A program made the translations under genes and the position numbers. Shown in pieces: positions 9,348 to 14,947 of a DNA stretch of 14,947 nt; within the stretch, counting starts at the first letter, position 1; every line of letters starts with the position of its first letter. The DNA comes from Candidatus Micrarchaeota archaeon (lineage in GTDB: Archaea; B1Sed10-29; JAJRYS01). The stretch lies in assembly GCA_964496415.1 (NCBI GenBank), contig CAZBZN010000017.1:1-14947 (forward strand), given 5' to 3'. The notes beneath the pieces are model-generated. The model was not told the DNA's origin, ran no database searches, and worked only from the letters and a program-made list of their open reading frames with translations.

Positions 9348-10562
9348 ATGAGCATTGCGTGGGTTGACAAGTACGCGCCGAAATCACTGTCAGAGATTGT
9401 TGGCCAGAATAATGCGTTAGAAGAGATAAGAGTATGGGCTGAAGCTTGGGAAAAAGGAAAAAAACAAAAGCCTTTACTATTAGTTGGCCCTGTTGGTACT
9501 GGAAAGACAGCAACTGTGAGAGCATTAGCTAATGACTTTAACTGGGAACTGCTTGAAATGAATGCAAGCGATGTGAGAAGCGCTTCAAACATTAGAAGGA
9601 TTGCAGGGTCTGCTGCTGCTTCTCTTTCTTTTAGCGGAAAGAGAAGACTTATTGTTTTTGATGAAGTTGAAGGCATTTATGCTCAAGACAGAGGAGCGCT
9701 TAATGCAATAAAAGAGATAATAAGGCAAAACAATTGCCCTTTGATATTAATAGCTAATGACGAGTGGAACAAAAAAATATCAAGCCTCCGTAGCGAATGT
9801 AAGGTAGTTCATTTTAAAAAAATCCACCACGCGACCATTGCAAAAAGACTTAAGCAGATTCTTTTAAAAGAAAAAAGAAAAGTTGATGAAAGACTCATTG
9901 ACTTGATTGCAAGAAATTCTTCAGGAGACCTAAGAGCTGCTATCAACGACTTGCAGACTTTAGTTGAAGGAGAAGAAAAGCCAACGCCTGATGATTATGA
10001 AATTATTGGGTCAAGGAACAGAGAAGCTAACGTTTACTCAGTGGTTCAAATAATCCTTAAGTCAATGAGTTTTGACCATCCAAGGCAAGCCTTACAGCAA
10101 TTGAATGAAGACCCTTCTTTTATGATAAAATGGATTGAAGAAAACATTCCAAAAGAGTACAAAAAGCCAGAGGACCTGTATAACGCAATGAACAGGCTTT
10201 CAAGAGCAGATGTTTTCTTAGGAAGAGTCTCAAACCAACAAGCTTATTCTTTTTGGAGGTTTGCTTCTGACTTGATGAGCGCAGGAGTGGCTTTGGCGAA
10301 AAAAGAAAAATACCATGAGTTCGTCAAGTATTCTTTTCCTTCATCAATAAAACTGTTATCTGCTTCAAAAAAAGACAGAGAAATCCTAAAGTCAATATCC
10401 TTTAAGATAGCTAAAAAATGCCATGTTTCTTCAAAAACAGCAGCAGTTGATTACCTGCCAATGGTCAGAGAAGTGATGAAAAAATACCCAGAAAGTTTTG
10501 CTAAGTTCTTTGGTTTTGAAGATGAAGAGCTTAAATTCTTAGGAGCAAAGGTTAAAAAATAA
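9348..10562 (+). CDS. rfcL: Replication factor C large subunit
   Basis: WVDKYAP, GPVGTGKT, LEMNASDVR, IVFDEVEG, GDLRAAINDLQ, WIEENIP and LSRADVFLGR. Start placed at ATG 9348 (MSIAWVDKY) rather than TTG 9279. Confidence 0.95.
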   Translation: MSIAWVDKYAPKSLSEIVGQNNALEEIRVWAEAWEKGKKQKPLLLVGPVGTGKTATVRALANDFNWELLEMNASDVRSASNIRRIAGSAAASLSFSGKRRLIVFDEVEGIYAQDRGALNAIKEIIRQNNCPLILIANDEWNKKISSLRSECKVVHFKKIHHATIAKRLKQILLKEKRKVDERLIDLIARNSSGDLRAAINDLQTLVEGEEKPTPDDYEIIGSRNREANVYSVVQIILKSMSFDHPRQALQQLNEDPSFMIKWIEENIPKEYKKPEDLYNAMNRLSRADVFLGRVSNQQAYSFWRFASDLMSAGVALAKKEKYHEFVKYSFPSSIKLLSASKKDREILKSISFKIAKKCHVSSKTAAVDYLPMVREVMKKYPESFAKFFGFEDEELKFLGAKVKK

Positions 10563-10579
10563 AGGTGAGTTATTCTTTG

Positions 10580-11716
10580 ATGATGAGAAACCAAAGCTCT
10601 TTAGAGTACTTAATAATAATCGCTGCAGTGCTTGCAATAGTAGCAATAGTAGTCTTGTTTTTGACAGGAAGTTTTAGTGTTACAAAACAAGGTGCTGATA
10701 TTTCAAAATGCAAGCAAGCTGCTGCGAAGTGTTCTGTTGAGAAAGCAACTTCTCCTGAAGCAACTTGTGATTATTGTGAACAGGATTGCCCTGATTATTT
10801 GGTAGAAGTATGTAAGCAAGGGGCTGTTGAAAACATCTCAATTAATGTCTCAGGCGGTGTTTCACAGCCATCTGAAGAACAAGCTGTTTGTGGTAATGGT
10901 GTTGTTGAAAGTGGTGAAGTGTGTGATAGTGATTCAGTAGATTGCTCTACCCTCGGCAATTACGAGAGTGGTACTCTTGCACCTTGTTTAAGTGACTGCA
11001 GTGGGTATGATACGAGTGTGTGTACTCCGTTGCCTGAGAATTTTATAGTAAACGGTGGCTTTGACAATGGTTTTGATGGCTGGGATTCTTATTCAAAGAT
11101 TTATCTGTGTCCTGTCAGTGTTGATGAGGGTTATGCTGAGTTGTTCGGAGGAGGGTGTTCTGCTTGTAGTGCTCCTTGTAATGCTAATTCTAACAGGTTA
11201 AACCAGTCAGTGGATTTGAGTAGAGTTGTTCCTGAAAAAAGAACCCAGTTAGTTTTTAGTTTTGATGCAACGTTCTTGGATTACTTGAAGCTTATTGATC
11301 CTTTGGAGGGGCAGGATCCAGTGATTTATGGTTCATGTGGTGGGCAGGATAATTATACTGTTAAAAGACTTAAAACTCACGTGAAATTGGATTATTATAA
11401 TTCATCTGGTTTTCTAGGATCCACAGTATTTGAATTTGTTCCAACTGACGGGTCTGAAATTTGGATTAATTCTTTCTTAAATATAAGTGACCCAAACGGC
11501 TGCATTGATTCTGAAAAACATGTTTTCCTTTATTCTGATGAGAACAAGTGGAATTCTTATTCTTTTAACTTAAGGGAGGTTGTTCCTTCTTCGGTTGATT
11601 TGTCTTCAGTTGATTCTTTGATGGTTAGTTTGAGTTCTTATGCTGTAGTATCTGTTAATTATAAAAGTGGGAACATCACTTTGATGGTTGATAATGTTTC
11701 TTTGTATTTGCCCTGA
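10580..11716 (+). CDS. Large class III signal peptide protein with Cys-rich region and carbohydrate-binding-like C-terminal domain (putative adhesin)
   Basis: MMRN|QSSLEYLIIIAAVLAIVAIVVLFL; VCGNGVVESGEVCD (Myxococcus-type Cys-rich repeat); NFIVNGGFDNGFDGW...VDNVSLY (jelly-roll signature). GGTGAG at 10564-10569 reads better as an RBS than as the GTG start. Confidence 0.8.
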   Translation: MMRNQSSLEYLIIIAAVLAIVAIVVLFLTGSFSVTKQGADISKCKQAAAKCSVEKATSPEATCDYCEQDCPDYLVEVCKQGAVENISINVSGGVSQPSEEQAVCGNGVVESGEVCDSDSVDCSTLGNYESGTLAPCLSDCSGYDTSVCTPLPENFIVNGGFDNGFDGWDSYSKIYLCPVSVDEGYAELFGGGCSACSAPCNANSNRLNQSVDLSRVVPEKRTQLVFSFDATFLDYLKLIDPLEGQDPVIYGSCGGQDNYTVKRLKTHVKLDYYNSSGFLGSTVFEFVPTDGSEIWINSFLNISDPNGCIDSEKHVFLYSDENKWNSYSFNLREVVPSSVDLSSVDSLMVSLSSYAVVSVNYKSGNITLMVDNVSLYLP

Positions 11717-13360
11717 CTAAAGAAGCTTCTCAGCTTCTATTTCAAAACCAGCAACAGGGTTTTCTAACCCGAACTTTAGGAGGATGTCTGGGTGGATTTC
11801 CCCAATTACTCCTATTTTTCTTTTTTTCTCAGAGTCAAACACTTCTGCAGTTCTTCCTTCAAGGAAGGGCTTTGCTGTTTTTTCCTTGTATTCTGGTTTT
11901 ATCCCAAAGCCTCTTAAGAGAGCTTCAAGCACTGACTTTGCTTCAGTAAAACCTACTGATGGGCTTATTATTAATGCTGCTAAGTGTCTTTTTGTATCTG
12001 TTTTGGTTTCTCCTCTGTTCGTAAATAATACTACGTCTCCTGCTTCAAACACTTTCTGAGGAAGCTCATGGTGAGTATTGTTTGATAATACTTCAAGTAG
12101 TTTTGGAATAAGTGACTGACGTATTGCGTTGTATTCTTCACTCATTGGGTTAAGCAGTTCGATTGGTTTTTCATCCATTATGTTTAGTTTTTCCTTGTTT
12201 CCCATTATGAAAGTAGCTACTTCCTGAAATCCGAGACCTATCATTAATTCTCTTACTTTCCAGCTTATTTTTTCTATCTTGTGTCTTTCACCAACCGTGG
12301 CTACGTTAGGCAGTATTGGTTTCATGTTGTTCAATCCATAAGCACATGAAACTTCTTCAACTAAGTCCACTGGATGCATTATGTCAAAACGATAACAAGG
12401 CACAACTACTTTTATCTCGTTTCCTTTTGCAGTTGCTTTGAATCTTTGCTTTTCAAGAAGGTTAACTATTTCTTTAGGAGTAAGCTTTAGCCCAAGTACT
12501 TTTTCAACATAAGAAGAGTCAAGCTTCATTTCCTTCTCAATAATCACTGGTGTTGTTTTTTCTTCTTTTCCTTTCACTACTTTTACTTTTTCTATCACTG
12601 CTCCTCTTTCAGCAAGCATTGTGGCAAGAATAACGGTGATCATGTTTACTGTTTTTTCATCAGTGCCAGTAACGTCAACAAATAAGTTCTTAGTATTTTC
12701 ATCAACTTTTGTATCTTCACTGTTTATTATTGGTGGCATTGACAATACTTTTCCCGAATCATCAAGAAGTAATGGGTACTTATCAAAGCCTTTTAAGAGA
12801 TGAGCAAAAGCTATTCCTTTAGGATGTTTTGAAAGGATTTCTCTCCCGTTCATTAATTCATTTGACTCCAGTGGAATGAATTTTATTTCTTCAGGTTTCA
12901 CTGCTTTGTATTCAAACTTGCTAGTGGTTTTGTCAAGGTCATAGACTCCTATGCTTGCTTTTTCACGATTACTCCCGTATACTTCATGAAGTTTTTCCTG
13001 CACTTGCATTAATTGTTTCACTGCAGCATCATCAAGGACCACGTTTTTTGCTATGAAATACTCTGCATAAGGCCTGTACTTGTCAAGCTCTTTGCTCATA
13101 GTAACAGTGGTCTTAGAGTCTTTGAACTCGTACTTCTTAAGCCCTGTTTCTATACCATAATATCCTTTCATTTGCCTTGCGATTCCTTCTGTTGAAATCA
13201 AGTCAGGCCTATCATATTCAAGCTCTATTATCATCGAATCTTGCTCCCAGCGGTCAAGCTCTAGTTTTAAGTTAAACAAGTCATCCTGAAGCTTGTTAAT
13301 GTCAAGCTTTTTCCCGACAAGTTTTTCCAAATCCTTAAGGCTGACTTCTATTGACGGCAT
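11717..13360 (-). CDS. pheT: Phenylalanine--tRNA ligase beta subunit (archaeal type)
   Basis: DRPDLISTEGIAR, QEKLH, SIGVYDLD, LSMPPIINS, RFDIMHPVDLVEE, NPMSEEY and GEIHP. Confidence 0.97.
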   Translation of the reverse strand: MPSIEVSLKDLEKLVGKKLDINKLQDDLFNLKLELDRWEQDSMIIELEYDRPDLISTEGIARQMKGYYGIETGLKKYEFKDSKTTVTMSKELDKYRPYAEYFIAKNVVLDDAAVKQLMQVQEKLHEVYGSNREKASIGVYDLDKTTSKFEYKAVKPEEIKFIPLESNELMNGREILSKHPKGIAFAHLLKGFDKYPLLLDDSGKVLSMPPIINSEDTKVDENTKNLFVDVTGTDEKTVNMITVILATMLAERGAVIEKVKVVKGKEEKTTPVIIEKEMKLDSSYVEKVLGLKLTPKEIVNLLEKQRFKATAKGNEIKVVVPCYRFDIMHPVDLVEEVSCAYGLNNMKPILPNVATVGERHKIEKISWKVRELMIGLGFQEVATFIMGNKEKLNIMDEKPIELLNPMSEEYNAIRQSLIPKLLEVLSNNTHHELPQKVFEAGDVVLFTNRGETKTDTKRHLAALIISPSVGFTEAKSVLEALLRGFGIKPEYKEKTAKPFLEGRTAEVFDSEKKRKIGVIGEIHPDILLKFGLENPVAGFEIEAEKLL

Positions 13361-14838
13361 TATAACACTCTCGCGTTCCTTAGTTTTTCAAGGTCATGAG
13401 TAAACAAGTCTCTTATGTCATCCAAGCCAAGCTTGAACATTGCAAGCCTGTCAATCCCAAGCCCCCAGGCAATGACTGGCACTTTTACTCCTAATGGTTC
13501 AAGCATTTCAGGCCTGAACAACCCAGCTCCTCCTAATTCCATCCATCCAAGCACAGGGTGTTTTGCGAATAACTCTACTGAAGGCTCTGTGTAAGGGAAG
13601 TACCCTGCTTTGAACTTGTATTCTTCTGCTTCTGCTATCTCTAAAGCAAAAGCTTCTAGGATTCCTAACAAGTCACGAAGAGTAAGTGACTCGTCAGCGA
13701 CTATGCCTTCAAGCTGGTTGAATTCAGGTAAGTGCTTTGCGTCAATAACATCTCTTCTAAAGTTTCTTCCTATGCTAAAATATCTTAAAGGATAACTTTT
13801 GTCTTTGAACAATTGCTTTGCAGACAAACAAGTAGTATGGCTTCTCAGTATTAACCTTTTTGCTTTGTTTTCATCAAAAGAGTACCCCCATCCGCTGCTG
13901 CCAGCTATTCCTTTTTCATGGGCTTGCTTTACTTTTTTCAACAATTCTTTCTCAAGTATCTCTCCATGAGATGGTTTTTTCAAGTAATAAGTATCTTTCT
14001 CGCTTCTAGCAGGATGAGTCTGAGGCTGGAACAACACGTCATAATTCCAGAACTCTGTCTGAACAATGCTTCCATGCATTTCTTTAAAACCCATTGCTAT
14101 CATTTTTTCCCTGACTTCGTCCAAGAACTCGTAGTACATTTGCTTTCTTCCAGGATAAACCACTGGCACTGGAGCACTAACGTCATATTTTCTAAGTTTT
14201 TTCTTCTTCCACTCTCCAGTCTTTATCATCTTAGAAGTTATTACTGTCACTTCTTCTTGTATTTTCAATTCTTTTGCAGAAAGATTTTTCCCTTTATCAG
14301 TCAGGGTTATTTTTCTTGTTTTTATTGTTTTTACTTTGATCAAGTCTCCTCTTTTTTTCAATTCATCAACATATTGTTTTAGTTCTTCAGGTACTTTTCC
14401 CCCACTTATGGCTTTAAGCAATTTTTCATGAGGGGTTTCTTCTTCAACAAACTTTTTACCAGTAGGAGTAAGCATGATTTTTCCATCAATTATCATTGCA
14501 AGGTTTTGTTTTCTAAGCCAAGAATTACCAATACTTGCTATCCTGGCGCCGAGCTTTTTCACAAGTTCTTTAACAGTTTTAGGCTCATCTTTCACTTCTT
14601 CTATTATCCTTCTTTCAGGAAGTCCTTTTTTTAAGCATTCTTTTCCTTCCACACCTAATTCATAATACTCTTCTTTTTTTTCTTCAATTTTTACAAGTCC
14701 TTTTTCTTCAAGCCAGCTTAAAGCTTTACTTACTGCTGCTTGCTGTAGTCCAGTTTTTTTAATTATCTCTTCTTCAGTTAAAGGAGTCTTTTTTTTAAGA
14801 ACAAGAAGCACTTTTTTTTCATGATTAGTTAAATTCAT
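13360..14838 (-). CDS. pheS: Phenylalanine--tRNA ligase alpha subunit (archaeal type)
   Basis: N-terminal winged-helix region, FWNYDVLFQPQTHPAR, LRSHTT, FRRDVIDAKHLPEFNQLEG, YFPYTEPS, ELGGAGLFRPE and AWGLGIDRLAM. RBS GGGAGAG favours ATG 14838 over GTG 14844. TAATG overlap with pheT. Confidence 0.97.
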   Translation of the reverse strand: MNLTNHEKKVLLVLKKKTPLTEEEIIKKTGLQQAAVSKALSWLEEKGLVKIEEKKEEYYELGVEGKECLKKGLPERRIIEEVKDEPKTVKELVKKLGARIASIGNSWLRKQNLAMIIDGKIMLTPTGKKFVEEETPHEKLLKAISGGKVPEELKQYVDELKKRGDLIKVKTIKTRKITLTDKGKNLSAKELKIQEEVTVITSKMIKTGEWKKKKLRKYDVSAPVPVVYPGRKQMYYEFLDEVREKMIAMGFKEMHGSIVQTEFWNYDVLFQPQTHPARSEKDTYYLKKPSHGEILEKELLKKVKQAHEKGIAGSSGWGYSFDENKAKRLILRSHTTCLSAKQLFKDKSYPLRYFSIGRNFRRDVIDAKHLPEFNQLEGIVADESLTLRDLLGILEAFALEIAEAEEYKFKAGYFPYTEPSVELFAKHPVLGWMELGGAGLFRPEMLEPLGVKVPVIAWGLGIDRLAMFKLGLDDIRDLFTHDLEKLRNARVL

Positions 14839-14910
14839 AAACACTCTCCCATGAATTTGTACTAAGTGTTAGCTTCGAAATCCTATATCCGCAAGCCGTA
14901 CGCGGCTGTA

Positions 14911-14947
14911 TGGGAAGGGCGGGATTCGAACCCGCGACACCAAGGTC
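14911..14947 (-). tRNA. tRNA, 3' half only (5' part and anticodon outside window); identity possibly Phe
   Basis: Minus strand reads GA CCTTG GTGTC GCGGG TTCGAAT CCCGC CCTTCCC A: end of the anticodon arm, 5-nt variable loop, perfect T arm, acceptor 3' strand and discriminator A, with no encoded CCA. Confidence 0.9.

Noticed and set aside
9260..9676. Antisense ORFs 9260-9676 and 9313-9525
   Set aside because: They lie opposite the well-supported rfcL and have no independent evidence.
11784..14665. Plus-strand ORFs within pheT/pheS, including the Phe-rich 13918-14382
   Set aside because: The hydrophobic appearance comes from reading Lys/Glu codons in antisense.
14860..14890. Second TTCGAA downstream of the tRNA as a possible tRNA fragment or att site
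   Set aside because: No proper T stem or acceptor strand, no duplicate of the tRNA 3' end seen in the window, and no integrase.

Overview
AT-rich, very gene-dense archaeal chromosome segment. Archaeal-type RadB, RFC-L, PheS/PheT, Cdc48, TATA/BRE-like promoters and GGTGA ribosome-binding sites place it in Archaea. Compact genes, short basic ORFans and a truncated NFACT protein suggest a DPANN-like lineage (inference). Housekeeping genes: 3' part of topA, truncated NFACT/RqcH, radB, cdc48, an M50 site-2 protease, rfcL, pheT, pheS and the 3' half of a tRNA (possibly Phe). The most interesting part is a set of eight type IV pilin-like (class III signal peptide) genes. Seven lie in two convergent operons at 7203-9246, including a 50-aa gene missing from the ORF track. 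The eighth (10580-11716) is a Cys-rich, lectin-like putative adhesin. None of the six Q(+1)-type leaders has the canonical G/A at -1; they have S, T or N. Also notable are a near-perfect palindromic bidirectional promoter shared by the pilin operon and the site-2 protease, a small RHH-like gene with a tandem operator upstream of cdc48, and a divergent FHA-domain protein. All calls come from motif reading only; no database searches were run.
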